A DNA stretch of 64,000 bases, taken from positions 10,014-74,013 of the forward strand of contig JAUQVK010000035.1 of the NCBI GenBank assembly GCA_039794845.1. Reading direction: 5' to 3'. Below are positions 50,350 through 60,672 of this stretch, piece by piece. Both the position numbers and the translations under genes were made by a program. This DNA is from Thermostichus sp. DRC_bins_24 (GTDB taxonomy: Bacteria; Cyanobacteriota; Cyanobacteriia; Thermostichales; Thermostichaceae). Within the stretch, counting starts at the first letter, position 1, and the number at the start of each line of letters is the position of its first letter. The notes beneath the pieces are model-generated. The model worked only from the letters and a program-made list of their open reading frames with translations. It was not told the DNA's origin and ran no database searches.

Positions 50350-52146
50350 TCAAAACACCATCAGATGAACCGGATCCAGGCTAATCCACCAGGGGGATCC
50401 CCAAGTTTGGATCTCCTGCCACCGCTCTCGAAAGACTTCCGCTTGCAGATGATAATCCTGCCCGTGGTCGGGGGGATGATTCAGTTTCAAGAATAAGGTG
50501 AAACGATGGGGGGTTTCACTGACCTTGGTGAGCCAGGCGGGAAAGGTATTGGGGGCATCGCCGTGTTGTGAAAACTTAAGGTGATGGGCGCGGATGGCGA
50601 TGTGGTCTACGGGCTGGGATCCCTTGACCTGGAGCTGACACTGCCAATCGAGGGCCTCCACCCGCTCAGGGCTGAGGCGGCGGGCAGCGGAGATGTTTTT
50701 ACAGCCCGTCAATTGGGCCACACTCAGGCAGGGGGGAGCCTGAAACAGGTGATATTTGCTGGCTTGGGCGATGATCTGCCCCCGTTCCAGTACCGCCAGA
50801 TCCTGGCAGAGGCGAAAGGCTTCCTCCATGTTGTGGGTAACCAGCAGGGTCACCCCCTTGTAGTGGGTCAGGATCTCGCCCATCTGCTGCTCCAACTGGC
50901 TGCGCAGATGGGTATCTAGGGCGGAAAAGGGCTCATCCAGCAAAAGAATCTCGGGATCCGAGGCCAGGGCCCGGGCCAGGGCGATGCGCTGTTGTTGCCC
51001 ACCGGAAAGCTGGGTGGGATAGCGGCCTTCGTAGCCTGGTAAACCCACCAACTCCAGATGGGTTTGGATCCGCTGCCAGCGTTCAGCTTTGTTCAAGCTA
51101 GCCGGGATCCCGAAGGCGATATTCTCGGCGATGGTCAGGTGGGGAAAAAGGGCATAGTTTTGGAAGATCACCCCCACCCGCCGCTGATCCGGGGGGACTC
51201 GGATCCCCTGCCGGGAGTCAAACAGCACCCGCTCATTGAGCACAATGCGCCCCTGATCCGGGGTTTCGATGCCGGCGATGCAGCGCAGCAGCAAACTTTT
51301 GCCGGATCCGGAGGCCCCCAGTAGCCCCAGGGGTTGACCGTCCCCTGTTAACCGGGCGTTCAGCTGAAACGAACCCAGTTGTTTGCGGACATCCACCCAC
51401 AGGCGGGGGGCTTGAGCCGGGGGATCCTCCAACAAATCAACCCGGGGAGCCGCTGCTATTTGTAGGGATCCCTGGCCGGAGGGGGATTGTAACCGGCGCT
51501 GAAACCAGAGGTTCACCAGTGTCAGCAGCCCCAACGACAGGGCCAAAATCACCCCGGAGCCGATCCAAGCGGCCCGCAGATTGCCCGCCTGCACGGCAAA
51601 AAACACAAACATCGGCAAGGTTTGCGTCCGACCGGGGATGTTGCCCGCCACCATCAACGTCGCCCCAAATTCCCCCAGGGCGCGGGCAAAAGCCAGCGTC
51701 ACCCCCGCCACGATCCCCGGCAGCGCCAGCGGGATCATCACCCGCCCAAACACCCGCCCTCGGCCTGCCCCAAGAGTGCGCGCCGCCGCCAACAGATTGC
51801 CATCGATCTGCTGAAAGGCCCCCAAAGCGGTGCGGTACATCAACGGAAAAGCCACCACTGCCGCCGCAATCACCGCCCCATACCAGGTGAAAATCAACGA
51901 GATATCCCACCGGGCCAAGAGCTGGCCCACCCACCCCCGCCGGCCCAGCAGCAACAACAGGGCAAACCCCACCACCGTCGGCGGCAACACCAACGGCGCG
52001 ATCAAGGCCGCCTCAATCCACGACCGCCAGCGGCCCCGGTAGTACACCATGCCCCAAGCCGCCAGAGTACCCGCCACAAAGGTGAGCACCGTGGCCAGGG
52101 AGGCCACCCGCAGCGAGATCCAGACCGGTGCTAAGTCAAACTCCAC
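50350..52146 (-). CDS. modB: Molybdate ABC transporter fused permease/ATPase (ModB-ModC)
   Basis: PLVLPPTVVG, FARALGEFGAT permease followed in frame by [22 protein letters not shown]. Confidence 0.93.
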   Translation of the reverse strand: MEFDLAPVWISLRVASLATVLTFVAGTLAAWGMVYYRGRWRSWIEAALIAPLVLPPTVVGFALLLLLGRRGWVGQLLARWDISLIFTWYGAVIAAAVVAFPLMYRTALGAFQQIDGNLLAAARTLGAGRGRVFGRVMIPLALPGIVAGVTLAFARALGEFGATLMVAGNIPGRTQTLPMFVFFAVQAGNLRAAWIGSGVILALSLGLLTLVNLWFQRRLQSPSGQGSLQIAAAPRVDLLEDPPAQAPRLWVDVRKQLGSFQLNARLTGDGQPLGLLGASGSGKSLLLRCIAGIETPDQGRIVLNERVLFDSRQGIRVPPDQRRVGVIFQNYALFPHLTIAENIAFGIPASLNKAERWQRIQTHLELVGLPGYEGRYPTQLSGGQQQRIALARALASDPEILLLDEPFSALDTHLRSQLEQQMGEILTHYKGVTLLVTHNMEEAFRLCQDLAVLERGQIIAQASKYHLFQAPPCLSVAQLTGCKNISAARRLSPERVEALDWQCQLQVKGSQPVDHIAIRAHHLKFSQHGDAPNTFPAWLTKVSETPHRFTLFLKLNHPPDHGQDYHLQAEVFRERWQEIQTWGSPWWISLDPVHLMVF

Positions 52147-52155
52147 TGGGATCCC

Positions 52156-52926
52156 TCAAAGAGCCGAAAACCCATAGCGCTCAAAGACTTCCGCGGCCTC
52201 CTCCCCCGCCAAAAACTCCAGATAGGCCCGGGCCGCCTCACTGTCTCGGATAATCGCCGCCGGATAGATGATCGGGGTGATCGGATCGGCGGTGGCCAAT
52301 ACCCGCACCTGATCCGAAAGCTGGGCATCGGAGGTGAACAGGATCCCGGCATCGGCATTCCCCTGCTCCACCGCCGTGAGGATCTCCCGCACCGTGCTGG
52401 CAAAGACCATCTTGGGCCGCAGCTCCTCAAAGACCCCCGCTTCTGTCAAAATCTCCTGGGCATAGCGTCCGGCGGGCATGGCTTGCAGATCCCCAATGGA
52501 TAGCACCCGGATCCCGTCGTCCGTCAGGCCGGCAAAATCATCAAATGATGCCGTAGAATCCGCGGGCACAATCAAGGCCATACGGTTGCTGAGCAGATCC
52601 CGCCGGGATCCCTCCACAATCAGATTTTTGTCTTGCAGGTTCTCCATAAAGCTGGCGGCGGCAAAAAACACCACATCAATAGGGGCTCCCTGCTCCACCT
52701 GCTGCTGGATGGATCCCGAATTGGCGAAGTTGTACTCCACCTTGATCTCCGGGTTGGCTTCCGTAAAAAGGGTGTCAATTTCCGTCAGGGCCGGCTGCAA
52801 ACTCACCGCCGCCCCCACCAAAAGCAGGGTCGACTGGGCCAAGGCCGGAACCTTGACCGCCAAACCTGCAACCCAAGCCGCCCAGGATCCAACGGCCAGC
52901 ATCAATGCTCTGCGTTTCAGTTTCAT
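52156..52926 (-). CDS. modA: Molybdate ABC transporter substrate-binding protein
   Basis: AAVSL, FANSGSIQQQVEQGAPIDV, PAGRYA, ADAGILF.SDA; ATG 52926 precedes an RR-containing signal peptide. Confidence 0.92.
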   Translation of the reverse strand: MKLKRRALMLAVGSWAAWVAGLAVKVPALAQSTLLLVGAAVSLQPALTEIDTLFTEANPEIKVEYNFANSGSIQQQVEQGAPIDVVFFAAASFMENLQDKNLIVEGSRRDLLSNRMALIVPADSTASFDDFAGLTDDGIRVLSIGDLQAMPAGRYAQEILTEAGVFEELRPKMVFASTVREILTAVEQGNADAGILFTSDAQLSDQVRVLATADPITPIIYPAAIIRDSEAARAYLEFLAGEEAAEVFERYGFSAL

Positions 52927-52955
52927 ACGAGATCGGGATGAAGTAAAGTTAAGAT

Positions 52956-52994
52956 TACCAACCAGACTAAAAGAAATACCAACTTTTTTGGTAT
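52956..52994. promoter_or_regulatory. Candidate operator in the modA / RHH-TOBE divergent region
   Basis: Perfect inverted repeat ATACCAA-N5-TTGGTAT (52976-52994), plus an extra TACCAAC half-site 21 bp upstream. Confidence 0.55.
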
Positions 52995-53030
52995 CGGACT
53001 TAACCAAACACACAAAAATTGAGGGATACA

Positions 53031-53414
53031 ATGCCAAGGAAAGAACAAGGGTGGATTACCTTTCAAACTTCGGCCGCCGAGCGGCAACATCTGGAGCAGT
53101 ATTGTCAATTGGCCCAGCGCTCCAAAACGGATGTGCTGCGGGAATTGCTACGGAGCCTAGATGCTTCGACTATCAAATCGTCTAGTTTCATGGAGCCAAA
53201 AGCCATGCAAATCAGTGCTCGCAATGTGTTTAAGGGAACGGTTAAGTCCATGAATGTGGGTATGGTAAGTGCGGAAGTTGTGTTGGAGATTGCTCCAGGG
53301 ATCGAGATCACCGGCATCATTTCTAAGGCATCAGTGGAGCGACTGGGTCTGGCTGAAGGGAAGGAGGCCTATGCCGCCTTCAAGGCTTCCGATGTCATGT
53401 TGGCGATTGACTAA
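53031..53414 (+). CDS. Ribbon-helix-helix (CopG-like) + TOBE/Mop molybdate-binding protein, putative regulator
   Basis: N-terminal [34 protein letters not shown] (RHH-like); C-terminal [11 protein letters not shown]...FKASDV (Mop). Confidence 0.85.
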   Translation: MPRKEQGWITFQTSAAERQHLEQYCQLAQRSKTDVLRELLRSLDASTIKSSSFMEPKAMQISARNVFKGTVKSMNVGMVSAEVVLEIAPGIEITGIISKASVERLGLAEGKEAYAAFKASDVMLAID

Positions 53415-53502
53415 GGGAGTAAGGTTGACGGTATCCGGCTTATCCTCCCGTAGAATGGGGGAACTGTTTCCCTACTCCCCTTGCAGGCTGCTCGAACTCA
53501 CC

Positions 53503-54756
53503 ATGACCCTGACTCCTCTTGCTCCTTCTGTTGACCCTGCGGCGTTGGAGCTGCAGGTGCGCCCCGATGCCCAGGGGCGCTTTGGGCCGTTTGGCGGCAA
53601 GTTTGTGCCGGAAACCTTAATGAGTGCCCTAACCGAGTTGGAGCAAGCCTTTGCCCAGCATTGGCGGGATCCCAGCTTTCGGGCGGAGTTTCACAGCCTC
53701 GCGCGGGATTTCGTCGGGCGGCCCAGTCCGCTCTACTTTGCCCAACGGCTGACGGAGCACTACGGCGGTCCCCAAATTTACCTGAAGCGGGAAGATCTCA
53801 ACCACACGGGGGCTCACAAGATCAACAATGCCCTTGGCCAGGCTCTGTTAACGGTACGCATGGGCAAGAAACGGGTGATTGCAGAGACCGGGGCCGGACA
53901 ACACGGGGTGGCCACAGCAACGGTCTGTGCTCGCTTCGGCTTGGAATGTGTGGTGTACATGGGGGCACTGGATATGGAGCGGCAGGCTCCCAATGTGCAA
54001 CGGATGCGCCTGTTGGGGGCAGAGGTGCGGGGGGTGGAATCGGGCACTCGCACCCTCAAGGATGCCCTTTCGGAGGCGATTCGGGATTGGGTCACGAACG
54101 TGGAAACCACCCACTATGTGATCGGCACGGTGGCGGGGCCCCATCCCTACCCGATGTTGGTACGGGCCTTTCACGATGTCATCGGCCAGGAGACGCGGCA
54201 GCAGTGCCAGGAAAAATGGGGCGGCTTGCCGGATGTGTTGCTGGCCTGTGTAGGGGGAGGTTCCAATGCCCTGGGCTTGTTTAACGAATTTGTTCAGGAT
54301 CCCTCGGTGCGCTTGATCGGCATTGAAGCAGCTGGAGAAGGGATCCAAACCTCTCGTCATGCTGCTACCCTCACTCGAGGGCGGATCGGGGTGTTGCACG
54401 GAGCCATGAGCTATCTGTTGCAGGACGAAGATGGCCAGGTGCAAGAAGCTCATTCCATCAGTGCCGGACTGGATTACCCCGGCGTGGGACCGGAGCACAG
54501 CTACCTGAAAGAAATTGGCCGGGCGGAATATTACGCCGCCACCGATGCGGAAGCCGTGGAAGCCCTGCTACTGACCTCCCGCCTGGAAGGGATCATCCCC
54601 GCCCTGGAAACCGCCCATGCCCTTGCCTACCTGGAAACCTTGGCCCCGCAGCTAGGCCCTGATCAGCGGGTGGTGGTCAGCTGTTCTGGCCGCGGCGATA
54701 AAGACTTGAACACCGTCTTTAAGTACTTGCAGCAGCAGGGGCGTGGGCTAGCCTGA
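53503..54756 (+). CDS. trpB: Tryptophan synthase beta chain
   Basis: [64 protein letters not shown]. Confidence 0.98.
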   Translation: MTLTPLAPSVDPAALELQVRPDAQGRFGPFGGKFVPETLMSALTELEQAFAQHWRDPSFRAEFHSLARDFVGRPSPLYFAQRLTEHYGGPQIYLKREDLNHTGAHKINNALGQALLTVRMGKKRVIAETGAGQHGVATATVCARFGLECVVYMGALDMERQAPNVQRMRLLGAEVRGVESGTRTLKDALSEAIRDWVTNVETTHYVIGTVAGPHPYPMLVRAFHDVIGQETRQQCQEKWGGLPDVLLACVGGGSNALGLFNEFVQDPSVRLIGIEAAGEGIQTSRHAATLTRGRIGVLHGAMSYLLQDEDGQVQEAHSISAGLDYPGVGPEHSYLKEIGRAEYYAATDAEAVEALLLTSRLEGIIPALETAHALAYLETLAPQLGPDQRVVVSCSGRGDKDLNTVFKYLQQQGRGLA

Positions 54757-54781
54757 AGGCCAAACGGGTTGGGATCTGAAT

Positions 54782-55498
54782 GTGCAGCCATCCAACGTCA
54801 GTTCTACTCTGATCTGCTGGCTCCTGGGCGGATTGGCCCTGCTCCTGGCCTTGGGGTTGGGCCTGTTGCAGGGCTCGCCGGGATCCCCGCCGGAGGAACT
54901 TGCTGTCGGATCGCCTGTTTTGGATGGGTTTGAGCCTGTGCGGGGATCCGCAAATTCCGTGGCTGGTGGTGGGTTCCAGCCACAACCCCTCCCCGAAACC
55001 CTGCCTGCTTTGGCTCGTCAGGCCATCGCCCATTACTTCTTAACGGGAGAGATTTTGCCCACCCCGGAAGGGATCCCGGCCCACTGGCAACGCTCGGCGG
55101 GAGTCTTTGTAACGGTGAGTACCGACCGCCGGCCGCGGGGCTGTTGGGGCAGCTTGGATCCCGGCGGCGAGAACTTGGCCACCGCCACCATCCGGGCAGC
55201 AGTGGGGGCCGTGAGTCGAGATTGGCGTTACGTACCCCTGCGGGCGACAGAGTTGGAATCCGCCTCGATTCAGGTGGCGATTGTACGCCGGGTGGTACCC
55301 ATTGCTTCTGTGCAGGGGTTGGATCCCACCCGTATGGGGCTGTGGATTCGGTCTGGTACGCAAGGGGCGGTGTTGTTGCCGGGAGAAGCCCTGACCACCG
55401 AGTGGCAACTGTCCACGGCCAAAAGATTGGCCGGGATCCCCGCCCCTCAGCCGGTGGAACTGTTTCGGGTGGAGGCGGATCTGCTGCATGAGTTTTGA
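54782..55498 (+). CDS. AMMECR1-domain protein with N-terminal hydrophobic anchor
   Basis: GVFVTV...RGCWGS, A..D.RY.PL...EL, GL.I..G...AVLLP. Confidence 0.8.
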   Translation: MQPSNVSSTLICWLLGGLALLLALGLGLLQGSPGSPPEELAVGSPVLDGFEPVRGSANSVAGGGFQPQPLPETLPALARQAIAHYFLTGEILPTPEGIPAHWQRSAGVFVTVSTDRRPRGCWGSLDPGGENLATATIRAAVGAVSRDWRYVPLRATELESASIQVAIVRRVVPIASVQGLDPTRMGLWIRSGTQGAVLLPGEALTTEWQLSTAKRLAGIPAPQPVELFRVEADLLHEF

Positions 55499-56261
55499 GG
55501 GGACACCCCACGCGCAGCCCGGGGCTGAATGTTGGCTGGCGGCGGTGTTGGGCAACACCCATGTGCGCTGGGGTTGGTTTCAGGATCAGACGTTGATCAA
55601 AGTGGAGCTTTTTTCCGCTCAACAGCCGTTGCCTTGGCCTGACCAAACGGAGCTTTGGCTGGCGGCGGTGGGCGCGGCTCCGGTACCGACGGGATCCGCC
55701 TGGGTTCATCAATTGCAGTTGCAGGATGTGCCCTTGGGAAATCACTATCCCACCTTGGGGTTGGATCGGGCCTTGGCCCTTTGGGCTGCCGGGATCCACC
55801 ATGGCTGGCCTTGTTTGGTCATTGATGCCGGTACGGCTCTCACGTTCACGGGAGCCGATCCAGAGGGATCCCTGGTGGGAGGGGCGATTTTGCCCGGTTT
55901 GGGGTTGCAAGCCCAGGCTTTGTCGGATCACACCGCCCAGTTGCCGAAAATCGATTGGGATCCCGGTTCCCCTTTGCCCCCGCGGTGGGCCAAGGATACC
56001 CCCACCGCCATCCGCAGCGGCATTCTTTACACGGTGCTGGCGGGTGTGCGGAGCTTCATCGCCGATTGGCGCCAAGACTTTCCCGAAAGCGCGGTGCTCT
56101 TGACGGGTGGCGATGGGATCTGGCTTGATCGAGCGCTTGAGGATCCTCGGGTGGTCTGGGATCCAGACCTGGTCCTGAAGGGGATCGCCGGATGCCGTCA
56201 GACAGCCTACGCCCGGATGCCGCACCCACGGCAGGTGACGCCGAGACCGCTTGAGGGGTAG
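55488..56261 (+). CDS. coaX: Type III pantothenate kinase
   Basis: LGNT, LGLDRAL, VIDAGTALT, GGAILPG, TAQLP, LTGGDG. Confidence 0.92.
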   Translation: MSFEGTPHAQPGAECWLAAVLGNTHVRWGWFQDQTLIKVELFSAQQPLPWPDQTELWLAAVGAAPVPTGSAWVHQLQLQDVPLGNHYPTLGLDRALALWAAGIHHGWPCLVIDAGTALTFTGADPEGSLVGGAILPGLGLQAQALSDHTAQLPKIDWDPGSPLPPRWAKDTPTAIRSGILYTVLAGVRSFIADWRQDFPESAVLLTGGDGIWLDRALEDPRVVWDPDLVLKGIAGCRQTAYARMPHPRQVTPRPLEG

Positions 56262-56380
56262 GCTTTGCTTCCGTTCCCGCAGTTTGTGCTAGGCGCTCGG
56301 CAGGTTGAGGACCATCGCACCATATCCGGGGAACCTTTCGGCCCGTTGCCCGAACAACTCCTGCCTCATCCGGCCAAACC

Positions 56381-57130
56381 TCAGGAGTCAGAGGCCAGTA
56401 AGGGATCCCCAATGGGATCCCGACAGGCGGGATCCTCATGGCGAGGATTGTTCACATGGGTGCTAACGGGATAAGCCTCCATCGCTTCTGAGGGATAGGG
56501 GCGGAGCAAAGGCAACAACAGGTTGGGATCCTGCACCTGCGGATCCAGCCAGCGATCGTAAGCGGGTTCGGCCAAAATCACGGGCATGCGCTCGTGCAGG
56601 GGCTGCATCAGCCGGTTGGCCGTGGTGTTGAGAATGGCGCAGGTTTCCAGTTCCGTCCCTTCTGGGCTCTGCCACCGTTCCCAAATGCCTGCAAAAGCAA
56701 ACACAGGCTGTTCCCGCAGATGAAACCAGTAGGGTTGTTTACTCTGCTTGCCCATATCTTGACCGGAGGAGGAAGGGGGCATGGCCATGGCCCATTCGTA
56801 AAACCCATCCGCCGGGATCAGGCAGCGGCGACGGCGAAAAGCGGTGCGAAACGAAGGTTTCTCGGCCACCGTTTCGGAACGGGCATTGATTAACCCGGCC
56901 TTGGGGGCTTTGTTCCAACTGGGAATGAGTCCCCACTGAAAATGGGTGGCTCGGCGCCGTGGGGGATCCCCATCGGGTTCGGGGGCCACCACCGCCAGCA
57001 CCGCCTGAGAGGGGACAATGTTGTAGCGGGGGGTGAGCATGGCGAGCGTGGCTTCTTCCACCTCCAACGACAGCTCAAAATGCTGCATCAGCACGTCTGG
57101 AGCAACCGCGAGGCTATACCGTCCACACAT
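56381..57130 (-). CDS. SOS response-associated peptidase (SRAP/HMCES/YedK family)
   Basis: MCGRY N-terminus (ATG 57130), RYNI.P, WGLIPSW, INARSET, PADGFYEW, H.RMPVIL. Confidence 0.93.
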   Translation of the reverse strand: MCGRYSLAVAPDVLMQHFELSLEVEEATLAMLTPRYNIVPSQAVLAVVAPEPDGDPPRRRATHFQWGLIPSWNKAPKAGLINARSETVAEKPSFRTAFRRRRCLIPADGFYEWAMAMPPSSSGQDMGKQSKQPYWFHLREQPVFAFAGIWERWQSPEGTELETCAILNTTANRLMQPLHERMPVILAEPAYDRWLDPQVQDPNLLLPLLRPYPSEAMEAYPVSTHVNNPRHEDPACRDPIGDPLLASDS

Positions 57131-57156
57131 GGCTTTGGGATCCCTTGCAGATGAGC

Positions 57157-60100
57157 TTAAACCTTGGTGGAAATGCCCAGCAATTGCAGGATCCCTCGCA
57201 GCGGAATCTCCACCCAATCGGGGCGATTATTCAGCTCATAGCCCAATTCGTAAATGGCTTTTTCCAGCAGATAGGCATCCAACAACACCTCTAGCTCCTG
57301 TAGGTTGCGGGGCAAAAAGGCTGATTGAGAGGCCACCTGCAAATATTCCGCCAAAAAGCCCGCACACACCCAGCGGTGCCAAAATTGGGCCCATCGCATC
57401 ATGGGAGTTCGGTTCTCTTCGTTGATCAGGCCGCTGTCCAGTTGTTGGCGGAGGGCCATATTCACCGCATAGTGAAAAGAACGCAACATGCCGGCCACAT
57501 CCCGCAACGGGAAGCGTTTTAGCCGCCGTTCCCCCAAAGAGCGGGCCGGTTCTCCCTCGAAGTCGATAATGACGAAATCTTTTCCGGTAAACAGCACTTG
57601 GCCGAGGTGATAGTCGCCATGACAGCGGGTGCGCAGGGCGGTAATTTTTTGCTCGAGCACCAGGCGAAACCGGCTCATGATCTCATCTTCTTGATCCTTG
57701 ACCACACGGGCCAGCTTGGCTTCGGTTTCCGGAAGTTTGCGCATGTGTTTGGTAAGCAGAGGAAACACCTGTCCGACCAAATTGCGCATGGATTGATAAA
57801 TGGAGCGCTGATAGAGACTGGAAAAAGGTTCTGGGGCAAAGTCTTTATCGTCGGTATCCGCCGCCAGAGCAATATGCAGCTCGGCGGTGCGCTTGGCCAA
57901 GATGCGCACCGACTCTAGGTAGCTGCCGATGGTGGCATAGGCCAGTTCTGGCAGGGTAGATTGGGACAGTTGCAACAGAGATCCCTGGGGCACCGGCACG
58001 GGGTCAACCTCTTGATGGTGAATCAACACCGTCTCGAAGAATTGACCGAGGCTGTCGAGGGTGTAGTGCCAGGCATCGCCTTCATTGGGGATGTACTCCT
58101 GCAAAATCGCCAGGGTGATGGACTTGTGGGCGGGTTCAAAACTACGGGATCCCTTGCGGCGGCGATATTCTAGAGCTCCGAGCACCTTCGGCACCTGCAC
58201 CTGGGCGTGGTGTTGCACCAGGTAACGGCCAATCTCCAGTTCCGGGTTCACGCCTTCCGAGACCTTGCGGTAGAACTTGAGGATGTAGTGGTTGCCGTAA
58301 ACCACCGAGGTATTGCTCTGCTCCGCCTTGAGAACCCGCGGCTCGTGGCCGGGACTGTAGTCGAAGGGGGAGAAGGTGGTGGCCAAGAGTTCTCCGGAGC
58401 TTTGGCGGAGACGGCCCTGCTGGGCGATGATCTGCAGCGGAATGGGCAAGAAATTCTTGTCGGATAAGGCATCGAAGAGGATCCCGGGCGGATCCCCCTG
58501 AACCTGTACCGGTGCAATCACAGCTTGGGGCATTTCCATGCGCATCTGCAGAGCGGTCTCGTGGGTGGCATAGCCCACCGGCAGCAGATAGGTTTCCGCA
58601 TCCCCTTCCGTGAACTCCGTCTGCAAAATCAAAATCTGGCCGCGAAAGGGGGGATCCGCCTCCCGGTTGCAGGGAATGGCATCCACAATTTGGGCGGATT
58701 GAATTTGTCGTGCTTTGGAGCCAAACCAACGGCACCGGTAGAGGTAATCCGCCAATACCGCCTCCACCAGCTTCTGGGTCTCCCCCTGAAAGAGGCTCTC
58801 CCAAGAGCCATTTTTGGCCGTCAGGGTGGGGATCCGATCCAATTCTTCCGGCTTGCTGGGGCTGGGGTGGATCCCTTCCGGCACCCGTTGCGGTTCGAGA
58901 GAAAACCAATAGAAAGAATGCGGCCCCAAGGTCAGGAAATAGGGCAACTGGCCAATCGGGGGGAACTCGGTGCGCCCGAAGATCTCAACGGGGATCAAAC
59001 CCTCCCACTCGGATAGGTCTAGCTCCACACACTGCACATAGCGAGAGAGGTTGGCCACCACCAAAATGCGCTCCTCTTCAAACACCCGCATAAAGCAGAG
59101 CACCTTGCGATTTTCCGGGTGCAACAGCTCGAAGGATCCCTGGCCAAAGGCTTGGAAGCGCTTACGCACCGCGATCAACCGTTTCATCGCCCACCAAAGA
59201 GAATAGGGGTTATTCCGTTGGGCCTCGACATTAACGGTTTCGTAGTGGTACTCGGCATCGATGACAATCGGCAAGTAGAGCTTCTGGGGATTGGCCCGCG
59301 AAAAGCCAGCATTGCGGTCGGCGCTCCACTGCATCGGTGTGCGCACCCCGTTGCGATCCCCGAGGTAGATGTTGTCTCCCATGCCGATCTCATCGCCGTA
59401 GTAGAGCACGGGGGTACCCGGTAGCGAAAACAACAGGCTGTTCATCAATTCGATGCGCCGACGACTGTTGCCCAGGAGTGGTGCTAGGCGACGGCGGATC
59501 CCCAAGTTCACCCGTGCGCTCGGATCTTTGGCATAGACCTGGTACATGTAGTCCCGTTCCTCGTCGGTGACCATTTCCAGGGTGAGTTCGTCGTGGTTGC
59601 GCAGAAAGATCGCCCACTGGCAGTTGTCGGGAATGGGGGGGGTTTGTTGCAGAATGTCGATGATCGGGAAGCGATCTTCCATTTGAATGGCCATGAACAG
59701 GCGCGGCATCAAAGGAAAGTGGAAGTCCATGTGGCATTCATCCCCGTCGCCGAAGTAGGCCACGGCATCTTCCGGCCACTGGTTGGCCTCCGCCAGCAAC
59801 ATCCGATCCTGATACTTGTGATCGATGTGCTTGCGCAGGGCCTTGAGCATGAGGTGGGTTTCCGGCAAGTTCTCGCAGTTGGTGCCTTCCCGTTCGTACA
59901 GGTAGGGCACCGCATCGAGGCGTAGGCCATCCACCCCCATATCCAGCCAAAAATCCACCACCTCAAAGATCGCCTTTTGCACAGCGGGGTTGTCGTAGTT
60001 CAAATCTGGCTGATGGGAGTAAAAGCGGTGCCAGTAATAAGCTTTGGCCACCGGATCCCAGCTCCAGTTGGAGGTTTCAAAATCTTGAAAAATAATGCGG

Positions 60101-60561
60101 GCTTCTTTGTATTTCTCGGTGGTATCGCTCCACACGTAAAAATCCCGTTCTGGGGTACCGGGGGCGGCGCGTCTGGCCCGTTGAAACCAAGGGTGCTGGT
60201 CGGAGGTGTGGTTGAGAATCAGTTCGATGATCACCCGGATCCCCCGTTGGTGGGCTGCTTCGAGCAGGGCTTTGAAGTCTTCGAGGGTGCCGAAGGTGGG
60301 GTTGACGCTGGTGAAATCTGCCACGTCGTAGCCGTCATCCCGCAGGGGTGAGGGGAAAAAGGGCAGCAACCAAATGGCCGTCACCCCCAAGTCTTGCAGG
60401 TAGTCGAGTTTCTCCGTCAGGCCCTGAAAGTCTCCTACCCCATCGCCATCGCTATCGGCAAAAGCCCGCACCGGCACCTCGTAAATCACCGCGTCTTTGT
60501 ACCAAAGGGGGTTTTGGCTCAGGGTGGTGGAGGCAGAGCGCAGAGAGGTTCGAGTCATCAT
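57157..60561 (-). CDS. treS: Trehalose synthase fused to maltokinase (TreS-Pep2)
   Basis: WYKDAVIYE, SPLRDDGYD, FYSHQPDLN, RLDAVPYL, EANQWPED, FLRNHDELTLEMV; C-terminal RWFGSK, EQSNTS, HGDYHLGQVL, IDFEGEP, RDVAGMLRS. Confidence 0.95.
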   Translation of the reverse strand: MMTRTSLRSASTTLSQNPLWYKDAVIYEVPVRAFADSDGDGVGDFQGLTEKLDYLQDLGVTAIWLLPFFPSPLRDDGYDVADFTSVNPTFGTLEDFKALLEAAHQRGIRVIIELILNHTSDQHPWFQRARRAAPGTPERDFYVWSDTTEKYKEARIIFQDFETSNWSWDPVAKAYYWHRFYSHQPDLNYDNPAVQKAIFEVVDFWLDMGVDGLRLDAVPYLYEREGTNCENLPETHLMLKALRKHIDHKYQDRMLLAEANQWPEDAVAYFGDGDECHMDFHFPLMPRLFMAIQMEDRFPIIDILQQTPPIPDNCQWAIFLRNHDELTLEMVTDEERDYMYQVYAKDPSARVNLGIRRRLAPLLGNSRRRIELMNSLLFSLPGTPVLYYGDEIGMGDNIYLGDRNGVRTPMQWSADRNAGFSRANPQKLYLPIVIDAEYHYETVNVEAQRNNPYSLWWAMKRLIAVRKRFQAFGQGSFELLHPENRKVLCFMRVFEEERILVVANLSRYVQCVELDLSEWEGLIPVEIFGRTEFPPIGQLPYFLTLGPHSFYWFSLEPQRVPEGIHPSPSKPEELDRIPTLTAKNGSWESLFQGETQKLVEAVLADYLYRCRWFGSKARQIQSAQIVDAIPCNREADPPFRGQILILQTEFTEGDAETYLLPVGYATHETALQMRMEMPQAVIAPVQVQGDPPGILFDALSDKNFLPIPLQIIAQQGRLRQSSGELLATTFSPFDYSPGHEPRVLKAEQSNTSVVYGNHYILKFYRKVSEGVNPELEIGRYLVQHHAQVQVPKVLGALEYRRRKGSRSFEPAHKSITLAILQEYIPNEGDAWHYTLDSLGQFFETVLIHHQEVDPVPVPQGSLLQLSQSTLPELAYATIGSYLESVRILAKRTAELHIALAADTDDKDFAPEPFSSLYQRSIYQSMRNLVGQVFPLLTKHMRKLPETEAKLARVVKDQEDEIMSRFRLVLEQKITALRTRCHGDYHLGQVLFTGKDFVIIDFEGEPARSLGERRLKRFPLRDVAGMLRSFHYAVNMALRQQLDSGLINEENRTPMMRWAQFWHRWVCAGFLAEYLQVASQSAFLPRNLQELEVLLDAYLLEKAIYELGYELNNRPDWVEIPLRGILQLLGISTKV

Positions 60562-60672
60562 TCCAAGACAAAAACAGTATGGGGCAACTTCGCAACCATA
60601 ACTGCTGAGCAGGGATCCCCTCAAGGCAAAGTCGGGTAAGAACCACTTCTCTCAGGGATCCAACGCGAGGCA

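Noticed and set aside
54804..56225. 473-aa minus-strand ORF and similar long antisense ORFs (46876-48150, 10013-11164, 26196-27074)
   Set aside because: They overlap well-supported genes on the other strand, have no motifs, and are expected from high-GC codon bias.
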